Positions 1 through 9,725 of a DNA stretch of 64,000 nt are shown piece after piece. The DNA is from Rhizomicrobium sp. Its GTDB lineage: Bacteria > Pseudomonadota > Alphaproteobacteria > Micropepsales > Micropepsaceae. The translations under genes were made by a program, and so were the position numbers. Location of the stretch: NCBI GenBank assembly GCA_037200865.1, contig JBBCIC010000009.1, forward strand, positions 153,365 to 217,364. Reading direction: 5' to 3'. The number at the start of each line of letters is the position of its first letter. Position 1 is the first letter of the stretch. The notes below the pieces were generated by a model. It searched no databases, was not told where the DNA came from, and saw only the letters and a list, made by a program, of their open reading frames with translations.

Positions 1-20
1 GGGAGCGTCAGACTTGTCAT
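1..20 (-). CDS. 5' end of a divergent gene running off the window (MTSLTL...)
   Basis: The minus strand reads GGAGGCAGGA-ATGACAAGTCTGACGCTCCC, a strong SD sequence followed by ATG at 20. The product cannot be identified from 6 codons. Confidence 0.5.
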
Positions 21-56
21 TCCTGCCTCCCCAAGACCAGCCGAACAAATAGTCCG

Positions 57-109
57 TCTTGAGAAAGACTCTCAAGACAACGAGTTCATCTTGAGAAAGA
101 GTCTCAAGA
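57..109. promoter_or_regulatory. Two tandem palindromic operators TCTTGAGA-N5-TCTCAAGA (57-77 and 89-109), Fur/IRO-box-like
   Basis: Both copies have perfect 8-bp inverted arms and start 32 bp apart. The core TGAGAAAGA(C/G)TCTCA fits the TGA-N9-TCA / 7-1-7 iron-box geometry. Confidence 0.6.
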
Positions 110-344
110 GAATATCGCAAGTTATCTTCTGTTGACGGATACACGCGTAAGCAATCGCGCTCGACACACGCGAGAAAACGCTATTAAGGCTATCATTCTC
201 AAATAGTCGATGCAACAATATACGCGTCTTCTCATCGTAGAAGCAGCGTGATCCTTATCGAAAAACAGAATCGACTTTTCTGATTTTGATTTTGGCGATA
301 GCGGAAGTATTGCGTTCCAGCGTTGTAAGTACAGGCGGGGACAT

Positions 345-2759
345 ATGTACGGAAGCGCTGCTAACATCTTGTCGACGGGCACGCCGCACAATCTCGAAAC
401 CGTCGAGATTCGCGTCCGCGGCACCGTGCAAGGGGTCGGCTTCCGGCCCACAGTGTGGCGCCTGGCGCGCGAAAACGATCTCGTCGGCCTCGTCCTGAAC
501 GACAATGCCGGCGTTCTCATCCGCGCCACGGGCGAGCGGGCGTGCATCGCCCGTTTCCTGCGCTGCCTTGAGAGCGATCCGCCGCCGCTGTCGCGAATCG
601 AAAGCCTCGACATCGCGCATCTCGCCGAGGTGATGGCGTTCGACGACTTTATTATAGCGGGCAGCGTCGGCGGCGAGACGCGCACCAACGTCACCGCCGA
701 TGCCGCCACCTGTCCGGCCTGCCGGGCCGAGGTGCTCGACCCGTCCGAGCGGCGCTATCGCTATCCCTTCGCGAATTGCACGCATTGCGGGCCGCGCCTC
801 TCGATCGTCCTGGGCGTGCCCTATGACCGGCAGCGCACCACCATGGCGCCGTTCGCCCTGTGCGACGCCTGCACCGCGGAATATCGCGATCCCGCGGATC
901 GCCGCTTCCATGCCCAGCCTATCGCCTGTCCGCAATGCGGACCGAAAATGTGGCTCGAGTCGCTCGACGGCACCGCATCCAGCGCCGCGATGCTGCGTGC
1001 GCCCATCGAGGCGGCGGTGCGGCAGTTGAAAGAAGGCAGGATCGTCGCCATTCGCGGCCTCGGCGGCTTTCATCTGGCATGCGATGCGACCAACGAGGCC
1101 GCGGTCGGCGGATTGCGCGCGCGCAAGCGGCGCTTTGGAAAGCCCTTCGCCCTGATGGCGCGCGATCTTTCCGTCGTGCGGCGCTTCGCGTCGGTGTCGC
1201 CGCAGGAAGCGGAGCTGCTGCAAAGCCCGGCGGCGCCGATCGTCCTGCTCGACGCCGCCGGCGCCGAGCGGCTGCCGCAGAGCGTGGCGCCGCGCCTCGC
1301 CACGCTGGGCTTCATGCTTCCCTACACGCCGCTTCATCTCCTGCTGCTGGAGCCATTCGACGTGCCGCTCGTCATGACCAGCGGCAATATCGCGCACGAA
1401 CCCCAGGTCACCGACAATGCCGAGGTTGGCGCCAAGCTCGGCAACATCGCCGACAGTGTGCTGCGCCACGACCGCGAAATCGCCAACCGGCTCGACGATT
1501 CGGTGGTGCGCGTGATGCGCGGGCGGCCGCGCCTGCTGCGGCGTGCGCGCGGCTTCGCGCCCAGCCCCATCGCCTTGCCGAAAAGTTTCGCGGATGCGCC
1601 GGACGTGCTGGCCTTCGGGGGCGAGCTGAAATCCACGTTCTGCCTGATCAAGAACGGAGTCGCCGTTCTGTCCCAGCATCAGGGCGATCTCGAAGACGCC
1701 GCCACCTTCGACGACTACCAGAAGAATCTAGCGCTCTATGGCGAGCTCTACAGCCACCGGCCGCATGTGTTCGCCGCGGATATGCATCCGGAATATCTCT
1801 CGAGCAAGCTGGCCAGGCAGCGTGCCCGCGACGAGGGTGCCACCCTGCACGAGATTCAGCACCACCACGCGCATGTCGCCAGCGCCCTGGCGGAGAACGG
1901 CCGCGAGCGCGACGCGCCGCCGGTCCTGGGCGTGGTGCTGGACGGCCTGGGTTTCGGCGCCGACGGCGCGATCTGGGGCGGCGAATTCCTCCGCGCCGAC
2001 TATAGGGGCTTCGAGCGGCTCGCGACGTTCAAGCCGGTGGCGATGATCGGCGGCGCGCAAGCCATCCGCGAACCCTGGCGCAACACCTACGCCCATCTGA
2101 TGGCGGCGTTCGGCTGGGACGCATTCCACGCGCGTTTCGGCGACCTCGACATCGCCCGCTATCTCACTGCCAAGCCGCGCCCGACTATCGATCGCATGCT
2201 GGCCCAGGGCATCAACGTGCCTGTCGCCAGCTCTTGCGGCCGCCTGTTCGATGCCGTCGCAGCCGCTCTTGGGCTTTGCGCCGATGCCGCGCTGTTCGAG
2301 GGCCAGGCCGCGATGGAATTGGAAGACCTGATCGACGATCGGGCGTGCGCCGCGGCGCGCGCCGCCGGCGTCTATCGCTTCGCAGACGAAGGCGATCCCG
2401 CAAGCGTTCTGCGCATCCTCGAACCGCGCCCGATGTGGCAGGCCTTGCTCGAGGATTTGCGCTTGGGAACGCCCCTGCCGGTCATCTCGGCCAAGTTCCA
2501 CCTCGGCCTTGCCGCGTCGGTTGCCGACCTGGCGGCTGTGCTGGCGCGCGGCGACGGGACGGCGCGGAGCGATACCGTCGTCCTCAGCGGAGGGTGTTTC
2601 CAGAACAAGGTGCTGTTCGAGGCCTGCGCGACGCGCATCGAGCAGCACGGCCTGACCTGCCTGGCCCAGGCGCAGGTTCCCGCCAATGACGGGGGACTTG
2701 CGTTGGGGCAGGGCGCCATAGCGGCCGCGCGCGAGATCGCCGCGCGATCGATCAACTGA
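345..2759 (+). CDS. hypF: Carbamoyltransferase HypF
   Basis: Acylphosphatase domain (GTVQGVGFRP), two CxxC-x18-CxxC zinc fingers, YrdC-like domain, QHHHAH, and C-terminal SGGCFQN and NDGGLALGQ motifs. Confidence 0.97.
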   Translation: MYGSAANILSTGTPHNLETVEIRVRGTVQGVGFRPTVWRLARENDLVGLVLNDNAGVLIRATGERACIARFLRCLESDPPPLSRIESLDIAHLAEVMAFDDFIIAGSVGGETRTNVTADAATCPACRAEVLDPSERRYRYPFANCTHCGPRLSIVLGVPYDRQRTTMAPFALCDACTAEYRDPADRRFHAQPIACPQCGPKMWLESLDGTASSAAMLRAPIEAAVRQLKEGRIVAIRGLGGFHLACDATNEAAVGGLRARKRRFGKPFALMARDLSVVRRFASVSPQEAELLQSPAAPIVLLDAAGAERLPQSVAPRLATLGFMLPYTPLHLLLLEPFDVPLVMTSGNIAHEPQVTDNAEVGAKLGNIADSVLRHDREIANRLDDSVVRVMRGRPRLLRRARGFAPSPIALPKSFADAPDVLAFGGELKSTFCLIKNGVAVLSQHQGDLEDAATFDDYQKNLALYGELYSHRPHVFAADMHPEYLSSKLARQRARDEGATLHEIQHHHAHVASALAENGRERDAPPVLGVVLDGLGFGADGAIWGGEFLRADYRGFERLATFKPVAMIGGAQAIREPWRNTYAHLMAAFGWDAFHARFGDLDIARYLTAKPRPTIDRMLAQGINVPVASSCGRLFDAVAAALGLCADAALFEGQAAMELEDLIDDRACAAARAAGVYRFADEGDPASVLRILEPRPMWQALLEDLRLGTPLPVISAKFHLGLAASVADLAAVLARGDGTARSDTVVLSGGCFQNKVLFEACATRIEQHGLTCLAQAQVPANDGGLALGQGAIAAAREIAARSIN

Positions 2760-2790
2760 ACCCGCGCCAGCGCGGAAGGGGAGCAAAGCG

Positions 2791-3066
2791 ATGTGTTTGG
2801 GAATTCCGGGCCGGATCGTCAAAATCACCGATGCCGCGCGCAAGCTTGCCATGGTCGACGTCAGCGGCGTGCAGCGCGAGGTGAACGTCGCCTGCGTCGT
2901 CGAGGACGGCGCGCCGGTTGAGGATTGCGTCGGCTATTGGGTGCTGGTGCATGTCGGCTTCGCCATGAGCCGGATCGACGAGGCCGAGGCCGCCGCGACC
3001 CTTCGGGTGCTCAACGAGCTCGGCGAGGTACAGCAGGAGCTGGCCGCCATGGCCGGCACGGCGTGA
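2791..3066 (+). CDS. hypC: Hydrogenase maturation chaperone HypC
   Basis: MCLGIPG N-terminus and WVLVHVGFAM motif. Confidence 0.97.
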   Translation: MCLGIPGRIVKITDAARKLAMVDVSGVQREVNVACVVEDGAPVEDCVGYWVLVHVGFAMSRIDEAEAAATLRVLNELGEVQQELAAMAGTA

Positions 3067-3079
3067 CACGGACCGCACC

Positions 3080-3769
3080 ATGGCAGCCGACAACAACACG
3101 CTGGAATCCCTCTATCCCTTCCTGCACGGCAGGAAGCAGGAGCCGCGCGCCATGAACGCGGCCCTGATGGAAGCGGTGGATGAGAAAGTCGGCCGTCACC
3201 GCGAGGTCATCGGCGCCTTCTTCGCCGCGAACAGCCAGGCCGTCATCGACGCTGCCGGCGCCATCGCCCGCATGTATCAGCGGCAGGGCCGGCTGTTCAC
3301 CATGGGCAATGGCGGCTCGAGCTGCGATGCCGCGCATGTCGCCGTGGAATTCCAGCATCCGGTGACGGCGGGCCGCCCGGCGCTGACGGCCATCGACCTC
3401 AGCGCCGACCGCACCATGCTGAGCGCGGTCGCCAACGACATCGGTTTCGATCACGTCTTCGTCCGCCAGATCATCGCGCAGGGCAGGGCGGGCGACGCGC
3501 TGATCGGCCTGTCGACCAGCGGCAATTCGCAGAACCTGCTGAAGGCCTTCACCAGGGCGCGGGAGATGGGATTGACCACCATCGGCCTTGCCGGCATGAG
3601 CGGCGGCGAGATGGCGAGGATCGGGCTCGATCACTGCCTGGTGGTGGATTCCGACAGCATCCACCGCATCCAGGAATGCCACGTCACGATCTATCACATT
3701 CTTTGGGACCTGGTGCATTCGCTGTTGGCGGACGACCGGGGCTCGCTGCCGGCTGCGGCGTGCGAATGA
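3080..3769 (+). CDS. SIS-domain protein, GmhA (phosphoheptose isomerase)-like
   Basis: GNGGSSCDAAH, AVANDIGFDHVF, STSGNS and RIQECH motifs. Confidence 0.9.
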   Translation: MAADNNTLESLYPFLHGRKQEPRAMNAALMEAVDEKVGRHREVIGAFFAANSQAVIDAAGAIARMYQRQGRLFTMGNGGSSCDAAHVAVEFQHPVTAGRPALTAIDLSADRTMLSAVANDIGFDHVFVRQIIAQGRAGDALIGLSTSGNSQNLLKAFTRAREMGLTTIGLAGMSGGEMARIGLDHCLVVDSDSIHRIQECHVTIYHILWDLVHSLLADDRGSLPAAACE

Positions 3770-3784
3770 AAAAAGGGGAATAGC

Positions 3785-4960
3785 GTGAAATATGTCGACG
3801 AATTCCGCGATCCGGAAAAGGCGCGCAGCCTGCTGAAGGAAATCACCGGCCTGTCGGCCAGGCTGCAGGCCGGCAAGGGCCGTCCGTTGCAGATCATGGA
3901 AGTCTGCGGCGGCCATACCCACGCGATCTTCCGCTACGGGATCGAGACCATGCTGCCCGAGGAGATCGAGCTGGTGCACGGCCCCGGCTGCCCGGTCTGC
4001 GTCTTGCCGATGGGGCGCGTCGACGATTGCGTCACGCTGGCGGAAATACCCGGCGTCATCTTCACGACCTTCGGCGATGCGATGCGCGTGCCGGGCTCCA
4101 AGAAAAGCCTTTTGCAGGCCAAGAGCGAAGGCGCCGACGTGCGCATGGTCTATTCGCCGCTCGATTCCCTGCGCATCGCGCGCGAGAATCCGGACCGCGA
4201 GGTGGTGTTCTTCGCGCTCGGCTTCGAGACCACCATGCCGAGCACGGCCATGACCGTGCTGCGGGCGGAAGCCGAGGGCGTCGCGAACTTCTCGCTGTTC
4301 TGCAACCACATCACCATCATCCCGACGGTCAAGGCGATCCTGGATTCGCCAGAGCTCCAGCTCGACGGCTTCCTCGGGCCCGGCCATGTCAGCATGGTGA
4401 TCGGCAACGCGCCCTATGAATTCATCGCCAGGCAATACGGCAAGCCGATCGTCGTCGCCGGCTTCGAGCCCTTGGACGTACTGCACGCGCTTTGGATGGT
4501 CCTGAAGCAACTCGACGAAGGACGCTCCGAAGTCGAGAACCAGTACGCCCGCGTGGTCCCGAGCGACGGCAACGCCGTCGCGCTGGATGCCATCGGGCGG
4601 GTGTTCGAGCTGCGCGAATTCTTCGAATGGCGGGGCCTCGGCTCGATCGACCATTCCGGCGTCAGGATGCGCAAGGGCTACGAGAGGTTCGACGCGGAAA
4701 AGAAGTTCGCCATCCGCTCGGTCAAGATCGCCGACCCCAAATCGTGCCAGTGCGGCGAGGTCCTGAAGGGCGTCATCAAGCCTTGGGAATGCAAGGTGTT
4801 CGGCACCGCCTGCACGCCGGAGATGCCGCTCGGCGCCCTGATGGTGTCTTCGGAAGGCGCCTGCGCCGCCTACTACCAGTTCGGCGACGTCGAAAAGATC
4901 CATTCCAAGCGGGCCGAAATCAAGCTCGCCGAACCCAGGCTCGCGGGGACACGGTCATGA
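3785..4960 (+). CDS. hypD: Hydrogenase formation protein HypD
   Basis: MEVCGGHTH, GPGCPVC, GFETT, PGHVS and MVSSEGAC motifs; GTG start. Confidence 0.97.
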   Translation: MKYVDEFRDPEKARSLLKEITGLSARLQAGKGRPLQIMEVCGGHTHAIFRYGIETMLPEEIELVHGPGCPVCVLPMGRVDDCVTLAEIPGVIFTTFGDAMRVPGSKKSLLQAKSEGADVRMVYSPLDSLRIARENPDREVVFFALGFETTMPSTAMTVLRAEAEGVANFSLFCNHITIIPTVKAILDSPELQLDGFLGPGHVSMVIGNAPYEFIARQYGKPIVVAGFEPLDVLHALWMVLKQLDEGRSEVENQYARVVPSDGNAVALDAIGRVFELREFFEWRGLGSIDHSGVRMRKGYERFDAEKKFAIRSVKIADPKSCQCGEVLKGVIKPWECKVFGTACTPEMPLGALMVSSEGACAAYYQFGDVEKIHSKRAEIKLAEPRLAGTRS

Positions 4961-6039
4961 CCGTCGTTCAGCTCTCGGCCGCCGCGCCCCGGAAGCGGCA
5001 CTCCCTGGGCACCGTCCATGTCCCCAAGGTCACGATGGCGCATGGCGGCGGCGGCAAGGCGATGCGCGACCTCATCGACGACGTCTTCGTCTCGGCCTTC
5101 GACAACGACGCGCTCGCGACGATGGAGGACCAGGCGCGCTTCCGCCTCTCGGACCTCGCGGCGCATGGCGACCGGCTGGCGATGACGACGGATTCCTATG
5201 TCATTCATCCGCTGGTGTTCCCCGGCGGCGACATCGGCAAGCTCGCCGTCTGCGGCACGATCAACGACCTGGCGGTCGGCGGGGCCAAGCCGCTCTATCT
5301 GAGCTGCGCGGTCATCATCGAAGAGGGCCTGGACGTCGACCTGCTGCGGCAGATCGCGGCGTCCATGGCGCGCACCGCCGCCGCAGCCGGCGTGACCATC
5401 GTGACCGGTGACACCAAGGTCGTCGACCGGGGTGCCTGCGACAAGCTCTTCATCAACACCACCGGGATCGGCGTCATCCGCGAAGGCATCGAGTTGGGCG
5501 TCGGCCGGGTGCGGCCGGGCGATGCCATCCTGGTGAACGGCCTGCTCGGCGATCACGGCGCCGCGATCCTGAACGCGCGCGGCGACATGGCGTTGTCCAC
5601 GCCGCTCGAAAGCGACTGCGCAGCGCTGCACGGCTTGATCGACGCGCTGCTGGCCGCGGCGCCGGGCACGCGCTTCATCCGCGACGCGACGCGCGGCGGC
5701 ATCGCCACCGTGCTGAACGAGCTTGCGGAGGCGTCCCAGGTCGGCGTCGAGATCCACGAAGACCGCACGCCGCTGCGCAGCGAGGTGCGCGGCTTCTGCG
5801 AGATCCTGGGCCTCGACCCGCTCTATCTCGCCAATGAGGGCAAGCTGGTCTGCGCCGTGCCGCCGGACGAGGCCGAGGCGGCGCTCGCGGCGCTCCGCGC
5901 CCATCCGCTGGGCCGCGACGGCGCGATCATCGGCCACGCGACCGACGGGCGGCCCGGCCGCGTCGTCATGCACACCGTGTTCGGCGGCCGCCGCATCGTC
6001 GACATGCTGGTCGGCGAGCAGCTGCCGCGTATCTGTTGA
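4957..6039 (+). CDS. hypE: Carbamoyl dehydratase HypE
   Basis: AHGGGG, TTDSY, GDIGKLAVCGT, RDATRGG and C-terminal PRIC. ATGA overlap with the hypD stop fixes the start at 4957. Confidence 0.97.
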   Translation: MTVVQLSAAAPRKRHSLGTVHVPKVTMAHGGGGKAMRDLIDDVFVSAFDNDALATMEDQARFRLSDLAAHGDRLAMTTDSYVIHPLVFPGGDIGKLAVCGTINDLAVGGAKPLYLSCAVIIEEGLDVDLLRQIAASMARTAAAAGVTIVTGDTKVVDRGACDKLFINTTGIGVIREGIELGVGRVRPGDAILVNGLLGDHGAAILNARGDMALSTPLESDCAALHGLIDALLAAAPGTRFIRDATRGGIATVLNELAEASQVGVEIHEDRTPLRSEVRGFCEILGLDPLYLANEGKLVCAVPPDEAEAALAALRAHPLGRDGAIIGHATDGRPGRVVMHTVFGGRRIVDMLVGEQLPRIC

Positions 6040-6066
6040 AGGGAAACGAGAAGAGGATGCAAGGAC

Positions 6067-6717
6067 ATGCCAAGCAAGAGCGCTGACAGTGTCGATCCCG
6101 TCGACGCGACCGTGGTGCGGATCAAGGATCGCGGCGAGATCAAGGAGCTCGACTACAACGGCGCCATGACCGAGCACATGGGCTCGCTGTGGTGGGGCAC
6201 CGCGGTCGGCTACCGCGCGATGCAGGCGGCGGCGCAGGCGCTGTCGAAGGACGGATTGTGGAGCCGCGACGATCTCTACGTCGTCAGCGCGCATCCCGGC
6301 CCCGGCGTCCAGGACGCCATCGACTATGTGACCGCCGCCGCCAAGCGCGACCGCTACAAGGTGGTGGAGGAAGCCGATTGCGGCATGAAGTGCAACAGTT
6401 CGATGAAATTCGAGTGGTGGGTCAGCGACGGGCGGCGGACCGCTTGCGTGAAGCTGCGCGAGGATTTCGTGCCGCGCGCGTTCTACGACCTCTCCGACCG
6501 CCTGGGCACGGACGCGGAGAGCGACGAAGACCGGCGCCAGTTCGAGATCTCCAAGGTCACGCTGTCGACGCGGATCTGGGCGGCGCCGCTGGAGCGCAAT
6601 TTCACCGTCGAAGTGAGCGACCGGGCGCTGGCGCCGGGTGAACTCCCGGCGGAGGTCCAGCGCACGGACTACTGGGACGATCTGAAGACCAAGCAACCCG
6701 AAAGCGCCGACGCCTGA
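6067..6717 (+). CDS. Hypothetical protein, FmdE-like putative metal-binding protein
   Basis: HMGSLWWGTAVGYRAM and HPGPGVQDAIDYVT resemble the FmdE N-terminal pattern; also has a CGMKC segment and an AAGGA SD. Confidence 0.6.
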   Translation: MPSKSADSVDPVDATVVRIKDRGEIKELDYNGAMTEHMGSLWWGTAVGYRAMQAAAQALSKDGLWSRDDLYVVSAHPGPGVQDAIDYVTAAAKRDRYKVVEEADCGMKCNSSMKFEWWVSDGRRTACVKLREDFVPRAFYDLSDRLGTDAESDEDRRQFEISKVTLSTRIWAAPLERNFTVEVSDRALAPGELPAEVQRTDYWDDLKTKQPESADA

Positions 6718-6738
6718 CCGGCGGCAGAGGAGGACGCG

Positions 6739-8805
6739 ATGAAATTCGATACGAGGTTCCGGAAATTCGTTTTGACGCCGCTTTTGGCGGTGGCCGGCAT
6801 CAGCGTGGCCGCGTCGTTGGGCGCTTTCTATTCCGATGCCGTCGCCAAGGCGGCCCCGCACAAGGCGGCGCCGCTGAAACCGCACCGGATGGGCGCGTTC
6901 GCGCAAGCCGCCCCCTACACGTTTCCGCCAATCAGCTACCAGCTGCCGGCCGACATTCCGGGCGGGGCGGGCAGCGCGACCATCACCCAGGCGGCGACCT
7001 TCGCCTGGCAGGAATTCATCGCGCTCAACTGGCCCGCCGCGCCTACCGGCGTGGTCGGCTCCGGCACGCGCGGCGCGCCGGACACGACGCAGAAGTTCGG
7101 CGCCGACAGTTCGGGGCCCAACCAGGCCAGCCAGTTCGTTGTCTGGGAGACCTATCGCGGCAAGGTCGAAACCTTCCCCGGGGTCGGCAACCCGCCGGGC
7201 TACGTCAACAATGCGTCGGTGGACTACGGCTTCGATGCCGGACCGCAATATGTATACGGCCCGCGTTCGACCGACTCGAACGGCTATCAGCAAAACCCGG
7301 GCGGCACGCCGATCAATGTGCCGGCCTGCCAGAATCCGGCGCAGGCTCCCGTCGCGACGCCGTCCTACGTCAATCTGGACGAGATCACCCAGATCGGCGT
7401 CGATTCGATGTTCGCCGGCATCCTGCCGGCTTCCGTCTCGGGTCCGTCGGCGGGGAACGCCAACGCGCAGCCGCAATTGATCCGGTTCCTCGCCAAGGGC
7501 AACCGCAATTTCTACGACTATGTCGCGGCCAACCAGTATTGGTACCAGGGTCAGGCCTTTGCGACGGCGCAGCAGAATTTCGCGAAGGCCGCCGTGTCCA
7601 ACATCTATCCCGCGCAGTCTCCCAACATCGTGCTGCCGCCCGGAACCGTGCTGGCCAAAGCGGCCTGGCGCCCGCTGGCGCCGGGCGAGAGCGCGGCGAA
7701 TTTCCACACCAAGACGGTGCGCTTCTACGATCAGAACGGCGGCGCAGCCACACCTTGCTATCGCGAGCAGACCTGGGCGCTGATCGCGCTGCACATCATC
7801 CAGAAGACGCCGTCAGCGCCTTATTTCATCTTCGCCACCTTCGAATATACGAGCAACATCCTCAATCCGAACGGCTCGCCGGTCGAAGACAACAACGGCG
7901 CACAGATCAACGCGCCGCCCGGCGACGGCATGGATCCGGCGGTGACCTATTACGCGCCGAGCAAGACCGCCTACACGCAATACAATCCGGCCAATCCCAA
8001 AGGAGTGAATGTGGGGCCGGTGCCCCCATCGCCACCGAACCTGCCGGTGCCGCTGGTCCTGCCGGGGAGGCCCTATTGCCAGGTGGCGGAGAACGCGCTG
8101 CCGCCGGCAACCAACCTGCGTCTCTACTATCAGGAGCTCAATGCCGATACGAGCGCGCCGGTTCCGCCGGCGAACAACGGCATTTGCGTGAACAAGCGCT
8201 ACTTCGCAATCCCGACGGCGATCCAGCAGGTGAACGCCGCGGCACATGCCGCGCTGCAGGCCTATGGCGCGCCGCCGCTGTGGCAGAACTACAAGCTGGT
8301 CAACGTCCAGTGGCAGCCCTTCAATATGGCCGCCATCGACACTACCGGCGGCAACACCGCCCGTCTGGTCTCGACGTACAGCCTGGCGAACAGCGTCGTG
8401 GAGACGGACAACTCGCTGCAGCAGTTCTTCGGCGGCCTGTTCGCGCCCGGCGATACGTTCTTCAAATCCGCGCTCGAGATCGATCCGGTGAGCGGCACGG
8501 CGATCCCGAGCATGCCGGCCTACAACATCTACCTTCCGCCCAGCGGCACCGTCCCGCCGGCGCAGTTCACGCGCACCCTCATGGGCGGCTGCATGGGCTG
8601 CCATGGACGGGCGCAAAAAACCGGGACCGATTTCAGCTTCACCTTGGGCGGCGGACCGGTCGCCACACCGGAGTTTGCGGTTCCCGCCACGCCGCCGCCG
8701 ACTTTGGAAGCACTCGGCGGGACGGCGCCGGTGCCAGCCGATGTGACGGCAGGGTTCGACAGGGAGCGTCTGAAGAAACTGCATCGCGCCTTGGCCGGAT
8801 ATTAG
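6739..8805 (+). CDS. Secreted 688-aa protein with one C-terminal CxxCH (monoheme cytochrome c-type)
   Basis: Signal-peptide-like N-terminus, GGAGGA SD, FAWQEFIALNWPA and LHIIQKT..FIFATFE blocks, and GCMGCHG at ~8587-8607. Confidence 0.75.
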   Translation: MKFDTRFRKFVLTPLLAVAGISVAASLGAFYSDAVAKAAPHKAAPLKPHRMGAFAQAAPYTFPPISYQLPADIPGGAGSATITQAATFAWQEFIALNWPAAPTGVVGSGTRGAPDTTQKFGADSSGPNQASQFVVWETYRGKVETFPGVGNPPGYVNNASVDYGFDAGPQYVYGPRSTDSNGYQQNPGGTPINVPACQNPAQAPVATPSYVNLDEITQIGVDSMFAGILPASVSGPSAGNANAQPQLIRFLAKGNRNFYDYVAANQYWYQGQAFATAQQNFAKAAVSNIYPAQSPNIVLPPGTVLAKAAWRPLAPGESAANFHTKTVRFYDQNGGAATPCYREQTWALIALHIIQKTPSAPYFIFATFEYTSNILNPNGSPVEDNNGAQINAPPGDGMDPAVTYYAPSKTAYTQYNPANPKGVNVGPVPPSPPNLPVPLVLPGRPYCQVAENALPPATNLRLYYQELNADTSAPVPPANNGICVNKRYFAIPTAIQQVNAAAHAALQAYGAPPLWQNYKLVNVQWQPFNMAAIDTTGGNTARLVSTYSLANSVVETDNSLQQFFGGLFAPGDTFFKSALEIDPVSGTAIPSMPAYNIYLPPSGTVPPAQFTRTLMGGCMGCHGRAQKTGTDFSFTLGGGPVATPEFAVPATPPPTLEALGGTAPVPADVTAGFDRERLKKLHRALAGY

Positions 8806-8809
8806 TCCG

Positions 8810-8845
8810 GCGGGCGGCATGCGCCCCGTGGCGCATGCCGCCTGC
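8810..8845 (+). terminator. Strong stem-loop after the cytochrome c gene
   Basis: GCGGGCGGCATGCGCC-CCGT-GGCGCATGCCGCCTGC, a 16-bp stem with one G-U pair and no U-tract. Confidence 0.5.
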
Positions 8846-8879
8846 GCGTCATGTGAGGCATGAGAGAGCGGCGAAAAAC

Positions 8880-9725
8880 GTGCTGTCGGCGCTGCACACC
8901 ATCGACACCTATCCATTCGACCTGGGCGCAGCGGCTTTCGCCCATTATCCGGCCATGAAACTCGGCCATCGCGCGAGCGTTCGTCATTTCGCCGAAAGGC
9001 TGGCGCCGGTCGTGCTGCGCTGGATCGCCGGTGCGGCGGATCGCGACTGGGTGCTGACCTCACCGCCGCGGCACGGCCTGCCGTGCGGCGCCAACTTCGT
9101 GTGCGAAGAGGTGTATGGCATTCTCTCCCAGGCCCTGCCGCAAGGAACGCGGCTGACCCTCGATCCGCTGGAGACCCGGCAGAGCAGGGCGCCGTTCGAC
9201 AACGAGGCCGATTTCCGCTGCTACAACGAGTACAGCAAGCAGGATGTCGATACGCGCCGGCGCTTCCGTATGGGCGGCGACGAGACCTGCACCTACGATC
9301 TGGCGAACTTCGCGGGCCGCCGCGCCATCTTCCTGAACGACATCAACGTCACCGGCACGCAGCTCGAATCGATGGAGAAGATTCTGGGCGGCGCGGTCCG
9401 CGCGCTCGATTTCCTCCTGATCGTGAACGTCGACCGCGGCGTCGGGCATGCCTTCCCCCAGCTTGAAAGCGAAATCAACATGTCCCGGCTCGCGGGCCGC
9501 GACGCGCTGGCCTGCTTCCTAAAGGACTGCGACTTCCGCTGCACCGGGAAATTGATCTCGCGGCTCATGGCCCACGAGGCCGGCGAGATCGAGAGGCTGC
9601 TGGCGGCCCTGGACCATTCGCGGCGCAACGCGATCCACCGCGCGATCCTGGAAGAGGGTTTGTACGGCGGCGCGCTCTTCGCAGCGAAGATGGACGTCGT
9701 GGCGCGCGCCGTTCGCGGCGGATGA
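8880..9725 (+). CDS. Phosphoribosyltransferase-like protein (PRTase_2-like)
   Basis: 3' part of ORF 7539..9725; YPAMKLG and PRPP-loop-like AIFLNDINVTGT. GTG start at 8880 is inferred (ATG at 8835 lies inside the hairpin). Confidence 0.6.
   Translation: MLSALHTIDTYPFDLGAAAFAHYPAMKLGHRASVRHFAERLAPVVLRWIAGAADRDWVLTSPPRHGLPCGANFVCEEVYGILSQALPQGTRLTLDPLETRQSRAPFDNEADFRCYNEYSKQDVDTRRRFRMGGDETCTYDLANFAGRRAIFLNDINVTGTQLESMEKILGGAVRALDFLLIVNVDRGVGHAFPQLESEINMSRLAGRDALACFLKDCDFRCTGKLISRLMAHEAGEIERLLAALDHSRRNAIHRAILEEGLYGGALFAAKMDVVARAVRGG

Noticed and set aside
57-109. Twin palindromes as a mini-CRISPR or IS ends
   Set aside because: There are only two 21-bp copies with an 11-bp gap and no cas or transposase gene. 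Their position just upstream of an SD/ATG fits operators.
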